Assembly (NCBI GenBank): GCA_010909165.1
Contig: MU008188.1
Coordinates: 186,001 to 250,000 of the forward strand
Length of the DNA stretch: 64,000 nucleotides
Direction: 5' to 3'
Source: Anthoceros angustus
Taxonomy: Eukaryota; Plantae; Anthocerotophyta
The notes beneath the pieces are model-generated. The model ran no database searches. It saw only the letters and a program-made list of their open reading frames with translations, and had not been told where the DNA came from. Within the stretch, counting starts at the first letter, position 1; the number at the start of each line of letters is the position of its first letter. Position numbers and translations under genes: made by a program. Positions 52,884-64,000 of the stretch are shown one piece after another.

Positions 52884-53726
52884 ATGAATATGTATTTTCA
52901 TCTACATATCCTTTCATACTCACCGGCTTGTGTGCAGGGACTACATACGAAGAAAGGTGTGGAGGAAGACAATATAATGGAGGATTTTGTGTGTAATGTT
53001 GGAGATCACTTGTTCGTGCCAGATGATTTTGTATATAATCCTGGAGATTGCTTGTTCGATGCAATATCGTTTTTGCTAAAAGGAACGATCCCGTCTTTAA
53101 AATTAAGAAACATTGCTATGGACAAGTTTGAATCTAAGATTGCAGAGCAAGACCCCATTGCTCTTGAAAATTTAAACCAATATATTCCAGAAATCTTAGA
53201 AGAAGTTCATGGTGTAAGTACTATGCTCGCTTATATTCGCAAAATGAGGTTATCTGCGGCAGAAAAGGATACAGCCAAATTTGGTTCAGATTCAAACTCA
53301 TGTTCAATTTCGGATGATAAAGATGACTATGGTTCAGACTCAAACTCCTGTTCAATTTCCAATGATGGAGATGACCATAGTCCGGAGTCAAAGTCATATT
53401 CAATTTCCAATGATTATAAAGATGACCATGATGAAACATCCGCAAATGAAATTGGCCTATGGGGAGATGCACTTGCCACTCAATGGTTAAGTGTAGCATT
53501 ACAAAGACATATATGCATATGGGAAAAATCTCGAAAAAATAAGCTAGTGATAATACAAGAGTTTGGAAGAGAATACGACTTAAATTGTGTAATTAAAAAT
53601 AATGATAATACTCAGGAGAACAAGGTTATGGATTGCTCCAATTGTCTTAATCTTTTGTATGGTGCAAATCACTATGAACCTCTCCAATATTATATTCCAG
53701 GAGCACTTTATGAAGATTCTTCATAG
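52884..53726 (+). CDS. Intronless OTU-like cysteine protease/deubiquitinase domain protein, probably TE-borne
   Basis: PGDCLFDAI (Cys loop), LWGD, LLYGANHYEPL (His loop); AT-rich sequence. Confidence 0.7.
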   Translation: MNMYFHLHILSYSPACVQGLHTKKGVEEDNIMEDFVCNVGDHLFVPDDFVYNPGDCLFDAISFLLKGTIPSLKLRNIAMDKFESKIAEQDPIALENLNQYIPEILEEVHGVSTMLAYIRKMRLSAAEKDTAKFGSDSNSCSISDDKDDYGSDSNSCSISNDGDDHSPESKSYSISNDYKDDHDETSANEIGLWGDALATQWLSVALQRHICIWEKSRKNKLVIIQEFGREYDLNCVIKNNDNTQENKVMDCSNCLNLLYGANHYEPLQYYIPGALYEDSS

Positions 53727-53822
53727 TAAGGGCATTTCAAAGAGCCTCTAATATTCACTCATGATGAGCTTATTCCAAGAGCACGTCGTGAAGATTCGTC
53801 ATGCAAAGGGAGTTCACAGAGG

Positions 53823-53905
53823 TTATGATGTTCGTTAATGAGCCTATGATGTTCATTAATGAGCCTATGATGTTCGTTAATGAGCCTATGATGTTCACTA
53901 ATGAG
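53823..53905. repeat. 21-bp tandem repeat x4 (tatgatgttc(g/a)ttaatgagcc)
   Basis: Directly visible; degenerate units continue to about 54160. Confidence 0.9.
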
Positions 53906-55492
53906 GAGCTTCTTTCAAGAGCTCTTCCAAGAGTAGTTCATGTGGAGGACATGTCGGAGAGTTTATGATGTTCTAAAGGGATTATTTTATTTCGAGAGTT
54001 AATTCATAAAGATTCTTCATGTTAGTAAGGCCATTTCAAAGAGATTAAGATGCTCACTAAGGATGAGCTTCTTTCAAAGAGCACTTCATGAAGATGGTTC
54101 ATGCTAAGCTTACTAAAGGCAAGTCAGAGAGCTAATGATGTTCACTAGTGATGAGCTTCTGTGAAAATAAAGGTTCAAATTGTATCTAAGAATTTGTAGC
54201 CAACGAAATTGAATAACTTATCACCATCATAACCTTCACAAGACAGGTTCCATCGTAACTAATTAATTCAAATATAGGTAGCCTCGTAACAAATATCTTC
54301 AAATTCTTCATTTAGGAAACCTGTGAATTGTATTTGTTGCAGTGAACCCCTCCCACTACCCAGTAGCCTCACATTCTTAGAAGGGAAGATATCTTGCCTA
54401 TTATCTTTACTGCTGATTTGTCTAGATTTGTGCCTCAGAATGTGGATTTTGCCTTTAGAACGTACAATAGGTAAACCACTGCGCATAGAGAAGCAAAAAT
54501 TCTTTTTTCCTCAAAATTTCTATTGAGACGAAAGGCTTTTTTGATAATCAGATTTCACTTCTTGGAATGGAAGATATCTCGTATGGCATACTAAAGAGAA
54601 TACCCTTTTGGAGCGGCAACCATTTTTGTGTACCAAACAAGCCTTCCCATTGTGAGTTTTAGAAGGAGGTCATCAAGTAAGTTCGGTTAGGCTTGAACAG
54701 CCTCATTACTTTACCCAGACTTTTTCTTTATTGTGATTTTGGAGTTTTTATAGATATATCAAAGTGTACATTGAAGCCTTGCACAAACTTGGCATTAACA
54801 ATCGGCGGCCTTGCACACTGTTCAGACAAGGACATGAAATTTATAGGAAGTGGCACGTACGGCCATGAAGTTGGGGATAGGTGGCATCCCATCCAAGAAC
54901 TTGATCCGTCCTAAGGATGCTTATCTGTGGAGTTCCAATGATCTCGTTTCTCGATGTCAATCCTTGAAGAGAGGACAAAAAAGATTAATTTGTCTTGAGT
55001 CCACAAAACCAAATTTTTCTCTCTATAATAATAATAGGATATGGACTCCCACCATGTTAATGAGACATACCATCCAAAATATAATTTAAATAAAAGACAT
55101 CTTTAAATACATCCGGGAAATCGTCTTGCAAGTGAAGACCACTCCTATTTCATTGGATCCATCTCTACCGTGATGGCCACTCTGATTTTTCTTGTTAGAT
55201 CATGGGGTGCAATACTTTCTTTTGATTTAAATGAGTTATCAATATAATGCTTTCTACTATTTTGTGAACTACTGAGAGTTGCAAGAGTATTGTTGATGAA
55301 CTTGTTGAATTGACCTTTTGAATTAATTATACACTAATTATTATTAAATATATTATCATAAATCATCATAAATATAATCACATATATTATCATAAATAAT
55401 AATATAATCTAAGATTCACGACATGCTAGCTCTATGTTTTTGCTAACTACAAACCATGAAATTTCATTAAAAAGACATATTTTAGATAGAAT

Positions 55493-55700
55493 AGAAGAAG
55501 AAGAAGAATTTTATTTGAGTCCACTAAGGACGGATTTCCGTCGTGGGACTTAGTACTTGACAACTTGTACCATGGTGTGCTTAAGCTACTTGCACCAAGG
55601 GCATCCATTCCCTTTACGCACCCGATCTAAGTACGATCCAAGCGCAGGATGCTTAATAACGACGTTCTTATAAATGTGTGTCGCCTAAGCCATTTGGACA
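55493..55700 (-). mobile_element. Putative 5S-rRNA-derived SINE with (TTC)n tail, copy 2
   Basis: Reverse complement ataagaacgtcgttattaagcatcctgcgcttggatcgtacttagatcgggtgcgtaaagggaa resembles the central region of 5S rRNA. Confidence 0.6.
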
Positions 55701-55989
55701 TTTGAATAGCTGAGCATGAAAAGAATTTAGAAATTGAGCTGAAATTCCATAATAATTCTTAAGCACTACTTTCTCCCCAAAATTATACCCATTTTGCAAC
55801 CGGTACATACACCTTATGTCAGAAAATTACCAAAAAGCTTCTGCAATATACCAATCCTTCTGCAAGATACCATTTCTTTTTTTTTGGTGTTACCAATTTT
55901 AGATTAATATGTGAAAATAAAAGTACATGAGAAGGCCAACCAAAGCGATGATGCTCAAGGTGCTCCTTCATGCTTGAAAACCAATCTCC

Positions 55990-56870
55990 AGAGATAGTTT
56001 TTGGTGAGTGTGTACATCATCCTCTGATTATACCGACATAAAGTTTACCTAACTGTTTTTGCACTGAAGGATCGTAACCAACATAAGATGCTCAGCCCTT
56101 GCATGAGCCACGACATCGGACGGTTTTTTATGTGTGGAAAAATCTTTGGGCATGAAGGAGACACCGTTGAAGATCGTTTTTAGCGAGTGTGTACATAAAA
56201 CATGTTACCGACATAAAGATTACCCAACTGTTCGTGACTAAAGGATCGTAACCAACATAAGATGCTCGGCCCCTGCATGACGCCATGACATCATTCATGG
56301 CGATTAGAAAAAGTTATCACAAGCCTGAGGAGCTGAAAGTATTTGTTAGCGATAATTTGAGACTTTATATATATGTCAAAGTATACATTGAAGTCCCGCA
56401 CTAGGAATAAGATTTGAAGTAACCCCGTGCAGAACTAACAATTGGCGGCCCCCGCACACTGCGGAGACGAAGGCATGATGTTATAACAGGTAGCCCCATA
56501 GGGGGCATAAACTGGGCATGTTACGGAGACGAAGACATGATGTTATAACAGGTAGGCCCATAGGGGGCATAAACTGGGCACACAATCCCATAGGGGGCAT
56601 AAATTGGGAGATGGGTGGCACCCGATTTGAACACTAATTCGTCAAATGTGGGGAGAAACTGGGCACGCAGTCCCATAGAGGGCATAAATTGGGAGATGGA
56701 TGGCACCCATCTGAACACTGATTGCCACCCAAACAATAATTTGTCTAAAGGACGCTTAATTGGGGAGCTCCAATGAACTCACGTCTGGATGTCACTAGGG
56801 AGTTCCAATGAACTCAGGTCTGGATGTCAATAGGGAGTTCCAATGAACTTATGTTTGGATGTCACTACTT
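55990..56870. repeat. Cluster of tandem repeats (about 180 bp x2, about 62 bp x2, about 83 bp x2, about 34 bp x3)
   Basis: e.g. aaggatcgtaaccaacataagatgctc twice; gggag(c/t)tccaatgaact three times. Confidence 0.85.
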
Positions 56871-57326
56871 AAAGGGTGCCCCATTTGAGCATGATCCGTC
56901 CAAAGGATGCTGAACTGGAGAGTTCTATTGAACTTATATCTCCTGTCACTGCCCAAAGTTTTCCAAACCACATGAAACGATGAAGGAGAGCATCCTGGTA
57001 ATTGTGGAGAAGAACACGCCCCCAAATTACTGTCCTGGAATTAATTATAATAAAATATTTTATCGGAGAATACAAGTGAAAACCCTCTTAGGCGCTGTGG
57101 GGTTAATAAAGCCTCTCATTTTGCTGCGAGTATGTATGATGTGCTTGTAAATGTGTACGTCGGGGCGGTTTACACGCGATGCATGAGCCCCGGCATTTGT
57201 TTCCCTTTATGAAGTGTATAATGACTTATTCCGAAATTCACCACCCGGCATTGGGTTCGTACGTCATTTTAGCAGTCCTGCGGCACCGTTTCGTGGTTTT
57301 TATGTGTGGGCACGGCATTCGTAGAG

Positions 57327-58713
57327 ATGTGCGAGCTCGCTGGTGATAAGGTAGCGAGGAGCGCCGTCCTGACGGAGATGGAAGGGCTGGAGGCTGGAGG
57401 CTCGGTGGGATCTCGGAGTGCCATCCCTCTTGCTGCCGTTCGCTCTTCTGAGGCCTGTACGTCCTCCTCCTCTCGCCAGCCTCGGCCCAAGCAGCTAATT
57501 TTCGACCGGCGCTACGGCTGGGTGTATGTCATCCACTACCAGCGGTGTTACATTTTTTGGTCTCGGCGCTGCCGGTTCATGATTTCCACTTTGCCTGGCT
57601 GACGGACGAGTCTCCCTCTGGCCGCAGATACGAGGAATGGGTAGAGCCATCCGAGCATGCCAACGTTGGCGGTCGGGGCATGTGAGTCTCAATTCACTGC
57701 AGCAAGCTGACTCCGTGTGCAATTACGCTGCTCTGCGGGCCTCTCTCACCTCGTAATTCGGCTGCAGATTCAGCATTGTGCCCCTGACGATGGCATCGTT
57801 GAGGATGGCCTGCCAAGCGGTGAGAGCTGTGGATACATTTTTTGTCTTTTCAGTACACCTTTGGGGAGCTTTTGATGATGAGACTGTGCCGGTGGTTGCG
57901 CTGCAGGTGGATGTGGCTGCGGATTTTGCGGTGCTGTCCATTGAAAATCGGGCTCAGATAGTGTCAGAAGCCAAGGAAAGATGGAGAAGTGCGGGATTGC
58001 AAGCAAGCCGGCAGTTCGTGAGATGCGTGGACACTGTTCCCTTCCTCAGCAAGGGCCGAATTGCTCTGTCTGCCAGCGTGGAGGCTAGTTTAGGGCAACA
58101 GCGATGGGAGGCTGTGGTACAGTCTGCTTTAAGGATTTCGACAGACCTTACGAGTGCAGGAAGGGCTGCGGGCAATGAATTAAGCCATCACTTCCGTGAC
58201 GGTGTGCATTTGTTGCGTCAAGGGCTGGAGGACGGGCATCGTAGAGCACAGGAGCAACTGGCTGAAGTTCTAGGGCAAGAGCGGACCTTTCCTCCTCCTG
58301 TATTTCATAGGTTAACAGGACATTGGTTGCAGCTGTCCAGGCAGTTCAATGATAAGGCGACACACCAGCTCCGGCAAGCCAGAGCGTCTCTCTTACACAT
58401 GGCCACATATTTAGCCACATACGTGTTGGCTGTCAGGAGTAGAGCGAGCGAAAGGAACAAAGCTTTATCAGGGATGACTGCAAAACATCTGAGCAGGAAG
58501 GAGGACATTAGGGATCGTGACTATAACGACTATTTGCTATCCAATTCTCGGTTGCTTACAATGGTTGCCGCACCCAGTGATGATGATCAGGGTGAAGAAA
58601 GGGCACAAGCTTCTCCCTCGCCTTCACTGGCCAAAGCTAGTGCATCTTTTAAAGCTTACAGTAGAACAGGTGGCAAGTGTAGGAAGAATAGACTTCGGAA
58701 AGCCCAAGGGTGA
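57327..58713 (+). CDS. Conserved plant protein of unknown function, 3 exons
   Basis: Spliced QLIFDRRYGWV/YEEWVEPSEHANVGGRG/FSIVPL motif recalled from plant uncharacterised proteins; long final exon ORF. Confidence 0.7.
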
Positions 58714-59075
58714 TTGAGAAGGATCGCTGGGCCGTTGAATGACATGCACCCTGCAACTCCGGACATTCTTTTTACACACAACTTCGCCGCTGAAGTTCTA
58801 CAGTTTTGCTCCTTTGACCGCCGAGTTACGGCTGAGGTCGGAGGACTTCGGTAGGTGTTAAGTTTGATTGTCGTAGTTGTCGAGACGGTCAGAGGATATT
58901 GTTTTGGAGAAGAGCCCTCTCATGCACAAGTAATGCATCGGGGGAAGGTCAAATGCTACGCTGTTCAGGTAGATGCATACAGTGTACGCTGTAGTGGCCG
59001 GCTGGCAAATCCAGCCATCATCAGAGAAAAGAGATGGGATTGGCAGGGAGCAGGCTTTGAGACAAGACTAGGTCT

Positions 59076-60113
59076 TCAGATCCCAGAGCTCGGGAGGAGA
59101 TTGAATTTGTCTGCAAATTTCTTTTGATTGCAGCTTAGCATCGTCATGAGACTACAGTGCCGTGACAACTGCTGAAGCCGCCTGAACCTAGGAGCGATGG
59201 TTCTGTGCAAGCTGCAACCGAAATAGGCAGGGTAGTCCACCACTTCAGCCAGAGGTCGGCGCATGGTGTCCACCAGAAACTCGAGTTTGGGCTGCAGCGA
59301 ATTCCTGGTACTTTTCACCAGCACCGGGGGGAAGCCCCCGACGATGGCGGCAACCTGTTGCGCATTGAATCCCGCACCTCTGAGTAGGTCCACAGCCGGC
59401 TGCAGTACTCTGTGGGAGCTCCTGAGCAGCAGCTGCGGGTAGTGCGTTGCGAGCCTGACCACGCTCTGCGGTTGCAGCCCGACCTGGTCTAGGAGCCACG
59501 CCACCGTGGGGCGTATCCTGGTGTCCAGGTTGCATCCCAGCAGCGCCGGGCAGTTGATGATCACCTTCCCCACGTCGGCGGCAGGCACCCCCAGGCTGCG
59601 CAGGTAGCTCACCATGGGCATCATCTTGCGCTCAATGCTGTAGCTGGTGAGCCTAGGGCAGCGGAGGATGACCTTGAGCAGGCACGGGGGCGGCACGCCC
59701 GAGGCCTCCAGGAACGCCAGCACCGGGCACAGCTTCTCCTCCACGCTGTGCCCCATGATCTGCGGGAACTGCGAGATAACATGCGCCAGCTGCTTCGGCT
59801 GCGCCCCCAGGGCCAGCAGGCAGGCCACCATCGGCTCCAGCTTCTCGTCCCGCCCCAGCACCAGCAGCTGCGGGAAGCGCGCCAGCACCATCGGCAGCTT
59901 CCTCCTGGCCACGCCCAGCCCCTCCAGGAACTCCCAGTTCGGCCGCACTCGATCCGTCACGCTCGCTACCCGCAGCCGGAGGCACTTGCTCTGCATCCTG
60001 TCTATGGCAACATCGTCCAGGCCCTTGGAACGCAGAAACGTGGCCGCGTCTGCTGCCTGCAGCGCCCTGCCACAGGACCGGCCGCCATCGCCGCCGCTGT
60101 CTCCCGCCTTCAA
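59076..60113 (-). CDS. mTERF family protein; no in-frame ATG at the annotated start
   Basis: mTERF repeats (FPQIMGHSVEEKLCP, CPRLTSYSIERKMMP, YPAYFGCSLHRTIAPR). Confidence 0.9.
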   Translation of the reverse strand: MKAGDSGGDGGRSCGRALQAADAATFLRSKGLDDVAIDRMQSKCLRLRVASVTDRVRPNWEFLEGLGVARRKLPMVLARFPQLLVLGRDEKLEPMVACLLALGAQPKQLAHVISQFPQIMGHSVEEKLCPVLAFLEASGVPPPCLLKVILRCPRLTSYSIERKMMPMVSYLRSLGVPAADVGKVIINCPALLGCNLDTRIRPTVAWLLDQVGLQPQSVVRLATHYPQLLLRSSHRVLQPAVDLLRGAGFNAQQVAAIVGGFPPVLVKSTRNSLQPKLEFLVDTMRRPLAEVVDYPAYFGCSLHRTIAPRFRRLQQLSRHCSLMTMLSCNQKKFADKFNLLPSSGI

Positions 60114-60204
60114 CCGCTGCCTTCATCTTCGCCTTCTTCTTTTCTTCTACAAAACCGCTCCCGAACCCTAACAGGATTTCTTCCCCTTCCCTCCGCCAGC
60201 CGAC

Positions 60205-60548
60205 ATGCCGACGCGCTTGCCTCATCCTCCCGGGGATCTGCGATCCTTCATCCTGCGCTCTCACGCGCTGCATCTGTATCGATCGGCTCTGAGACTGGCT
60301 CGGCGTGCCCCTCTGAACTCCCGCGGTCAGTGGCCACGCATCCGTCCCTGTGCCTGCAGCCGGCTGGGCTAGACTCACTTTGGCCTCTGCCGGTGTCGTG
60401 TGCAGAGGATTTGCTACGCTCTATGCGGGATGAAATGGAGCGGAACCGGCTGGCTAAGGAGCCTCAGGCCATCAGGTTTTTGATCAGCGATGGACTACAG
60501 CGACTGAACCAGCTGAAGACAATGCTGGGAATTCAGGGTCACATTTAG
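60205..60548 (+). CDS. LYR-motif (Complex1_LYR, LYRM2-like) protein, 2 exons (60205-60325, 60406-60548); only the second exon's frame appears in the ORF track
   Basis: MPTRLPHPPGDLRSFILRSHALHLYRSALRLARRAP / EDLLRSMRDEMERNR...AIRFLISDGLQRL; splice phase is consistent. Confidence 0.85.
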
Positions 60549-61529
60549 AGAGCTAGCCCCTATGCATCATCAGCAAGGGCTTGGCGGGCGAGTAGGTATG
60601 CAGGTAGCCCTGGCTGTGTCTGCAACTTCTATGCAGAACATCTAGAGGAGGAACATGTCGACCTGATGTCACATTTTTGCGCCTCCTCCTCTAAGCGTGC
60701 TCGCCGTGGGGGCCTTGGAACTTGCATCAGGTTGACCAGCTTCACTGAACTGGCATGCAGTGAAACAGTCATCGAAGGCTGGTCCCTGAGGGATGAATGG
60801 CGGTATTTTAAAACATAATGGTTCACTACTTCAGGACCGTGGGATCCTTTGAGTAATTCCCTATATGTACCACAAAGGACAAGCTCATGGTCATGTCGTC
60901 GGTGCTGCTTGATGTCGCGGCCGAAGTTGCTCCGGGCAGTAAGAATCGCAGGCTTCCAAATCACTTCTCCGGTTTCCACCAAAGCCAGCCCCAAGTAGCT
61001 CACCCAGCAGGAAGCAAGTCGGGTGTGCTAAAAAACTACTGCCAACAACAGGGCTGGCGGGGAAAAGGAAGTAGGCCCAGCCACTTACAACGTCATATCT
61101 GATGCTCAACACCAGCCAGCATGCGGCATGGCAAGAAACGTAGTCCAGATTGATGTGAAATAGCTTTGTCCCACCTCTCTGTTCCTGTATATCTGAATCC
61201 TGAATCACTTCCAGTCTGAATCCTCATCCAGTCTGCCAAAATCAGCACTCTAGGATTGGCCTACATGAGAGGCACGCAAACTGCACATCAAGCACGCCTA
61301 TTGTGTGTGATACAACAAGTCTGGTTGCCATACTGCGGCCGCCGGCCATCGTTCAGGGACCATTGTCGGAAGATGATTCTAACATAAGACTATGGCAGGA
61401 TCCCCGGGTGCTGTGTATGAATGACCACACCGCCCTGAAGGAGCGAGCAGACTGTTTTGCATTGCTTACTTACAAAATGGGTCCTTCAGGTCAAAGTAGC
61501 ACCATCAGGCTGAACATCGGCAACTAACA

Positions 61530-62390
61530 TCTCCTGCAAACAAGCCAGTGTTGGATGACCATCATCATTCGCACCATAGCCAGATATCAGTACGTTCCAT
61601 GTCACCACATCCCTTGGTGTTCATGATGTCAAAATCCTGGCCTGCACCTTCTACTTCACCACATTTGCATACATGTCCACCAAAGAGTTCCCCACCAGTG
61701 CGTTATCCAGCAGTCCTCTTTTCCCAGTCTGTGAGTGCTGCTGCCTGCCCCGCTGAAAGGCACCCGTGCTTGCACAGGACTTCAGAAGGCAAGCAAAAGT
61801 AACATGGTTAGCCCAATTGAGGCCCTCTTGCTCCAGTTGTCCATACAGAACAAGAGCCTCTTGGCTGAGTCCTTGCTGATGCATACCCAGCAGTCAGGGC
61901 AGACCATGTCACCACATTCATTCCTTATGTTCATGCTGTGGAAAACCTGCCGTGCATCTTTCAGTTCACCACATTTGCAGACCTAGCAATCAGCACCGTC
62001 CATGTCACCACATGGCCATCACCACATTTGCATACCTAGCAATCAGCACCGTCCATGTCACCACATCCTTTGTGGCCATGCCGTCAAAAACCTGGCGTGC
62101 ATCTTCCAGTTCACAATGTTTTGCATAAATGTCCACGAGGCGGTTGCCCAAGATAACAGTATCCAGCAATCCTCTTCCCACATTCTATGAGGTCAGCTGC
62201 CAGCCCTTCTGAAAGGCACCCGTGCTTGCAAAGGCCTAGCTATGAGAGCATGTCATGTCACCGCAGATTCATGTCTTCATGTTCATGCTGTCAAAACCAT
62301 GGCTTGCATCTTTCAGATCGCCACATTTGCATATCCAGCAATCGGCACTGTCTTCGTCACCACATCCGCTGTGGCCACCCCCATACCATC
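61530..62390 (-). pseudogene. PPR relic closely related to the 36168-40137 gene
   Basis: QQGLSQEALVLYGQLEQEG..ANHVTFACLLK...GLLDNALVGNSLVDMY; fragmented. Confidence 0.8.
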
Positions 62391-62670
62391 CACCACAAAT
62401 ATAGTTTGTATGTAAGTCTCAATTTTAATTTCAGCTTGACCATTCTAGAGAAAACAATTGGGGTGGACGAAATTCGCCGTTGTCCGCTAGCTAAACTAAA
62501 ACTAGTCTACCCGGTGGGAAACGGGCTGTGGAATTCAACTCTGTGAAGGGGGGCCGACAAACGCTCCGGAGGGAATGAGCCGGCAGTGGAGGGAAAGGAA
62601 CGGACTCCCTCCGGCCGCCCGTGGTTGATATCAGTATCTCCCCTTGAGCTGTCCTGTCTTCGTGGTCTCA

Positions 62671-63969
62671 ATGGCGCTCTCAAAGCCTCTGACCTTTGTC
62701 ACCGGAAATGCCAAAAAGCTGGAGGAAGTTCAGATGATCCTGGGTAACAGCATCCCCTTTCAGTCTCGAAGTCTGGATCGTAAGTTGGCCTTAACCCAGC
62801 AGATATTCCTTTCATGGAGATGTGACTGCCGCGTTCACTCCGCCGAGGAGCTCACTTCGGTTTTATGTGCAGTGCCGGAACTGCAAGGAGAGCCTGAAGA
62901 AATTTCCCGGGCGAAGGCATTGATGGCAGCAAGGGAGGTAGGGCTGCTCCCCCTCAACGAGATTGCTGCTACACATTGTGCACTCCAGACGTACTGGGAT
63001 CAAACTCCCAACTTGACTGTGGTATGCCTGCAAGGTTGCTGGGCCTGTGCTTGTCGAAGACACATGTCTCTGCTTCAATGCTCTCAACGGTCTTCCAGGT
63101 AAGGCATGCTGTGTGTTGTCTAGCCTTCTGGAGATCGGGTTCCCGGCTGCTTGACGTAACTTGCTACAATTTCTGCAGGTCCGTACGTGTAAGCTCTCGA
63201 ACTCTGTTCCCAGTGGAAGGCTGGTGACATTGCCACTCTGATGGCTACTGTGGGCAAAGATCGCTCACAACTTGTGTTGCCTAGAGCCAGGAATTCAAAG
63301 TATGACTGATTATTCTCCACTTCCAGCATCTGACCTCGGCTCTGTCATGCAGAAAGTGGTTCCTGCTTAAAACCGGTGCTGAAGGTCATTTCTCCTCCCC
63401 TTGGGCAGCGTTTTTAATCCGACTACTCCCTCTCAGCTTGTTGCACGCATGTTCTCCCAAGAGTTAGCTTCTGACGAACCGATATGTTTGGCTTGGTTGT
63501 CAGGTCTTAACAATTTGCTGGCAGCATATGAGGACAAGTCAGCATATGCCCTATGCGTCTTCTCGCTGGCTCTAAGTCCTGCTTCGGAACCAATTTCCTT
63601 CGTTGGCCAAGTTAAGGTATGCGAAGCTCCAAGGTGCTGTTCTTCCACGTGATTCCGCTAGGAGCATCTTGGCAGCAGCATTCGATGTGCCGTTACTCTG
63701 TGTTGCAGGGTAAAATTGTTCCACCAAGGGGCCCAGCATATTTTGGGTGGGATCCCGTTTTTCAACCAGACGGCTGTGAATCCACGTGAGCATCTCGACT
63801 CCAGGAAACCTGGTCTTTTAAGGCATTCCAGACAGGTTGTGAAGGTTTTGTATGCTTGCGATCTTGTAGGTTTGCGGAGATGCCAAAAGAAGAGAAGAAC
63901 CTAATATCGCATCGTCGGAAGGCACTTGAGAAAGTCAAGGAGCATTTTTTGTTAAATAATTACTGGTGA
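62671..63969 (+). CDS. ITPA: Inosine triphosphate pyrophosphatase (Ham1 family), multi-exon
   Basis: [54 protein letters not shown]...[11 protein letters not shown]. Confidence 0.96.
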
Positions 63970-64000
63970 ATAGCTCCTTTTTCAATCCCGCACTGGAACC

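Noticed and set aside
53823-56870. Short repeat arrays as possible CRISPR
   Set aside because: Head-to-tail repeats without unique spacers, no cas genes, eukaryotic context

Overview
This is eukaryotic, gene-dense plant nuclear DNA with short GT-AG introns. Many PLS-class PPR genes carrying both DYW:WW-type and DYW:KP-type C-termini point to a hornwort-like lineage with U-to-C organellar editing (inference; fern or lycophyte not excluded). Housekeeping genes are RPL7, YAF9, a root-cap/LEA-like protein, a conserved unknown protein, an mTERF, an LYR-motif protein and ITPA. There are four large PPR loci and three PPR relics. Mobile DNA comprises a PIF/Harbinger element, a 1.83-kb TIR element with a 6-bp TSD plus a truncated relative that may carry a KDZ-like transposase relic, two putative 5S-derived SINEs, RLE-type non-LTR fragments, a Gypsy integrase-PHD relic, an AT-rich island with an OTU ORF, and a 2.4-kb (CATGA)n satellite. 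The most striking observation is that two PPR editing-factor loci carry an N-terminal OSB-type 'PDF' ssDNA-binding motif (W..F..DP..WWD.R...PDF.....LWL). They share that N-terminal module but end in different deaminase classes (KP/GRP versus degenerate WW). Several tandem duplications have one indel-rich copy, suggesting long-read consensus errors, so individual frameshifts should be treated cautiously.
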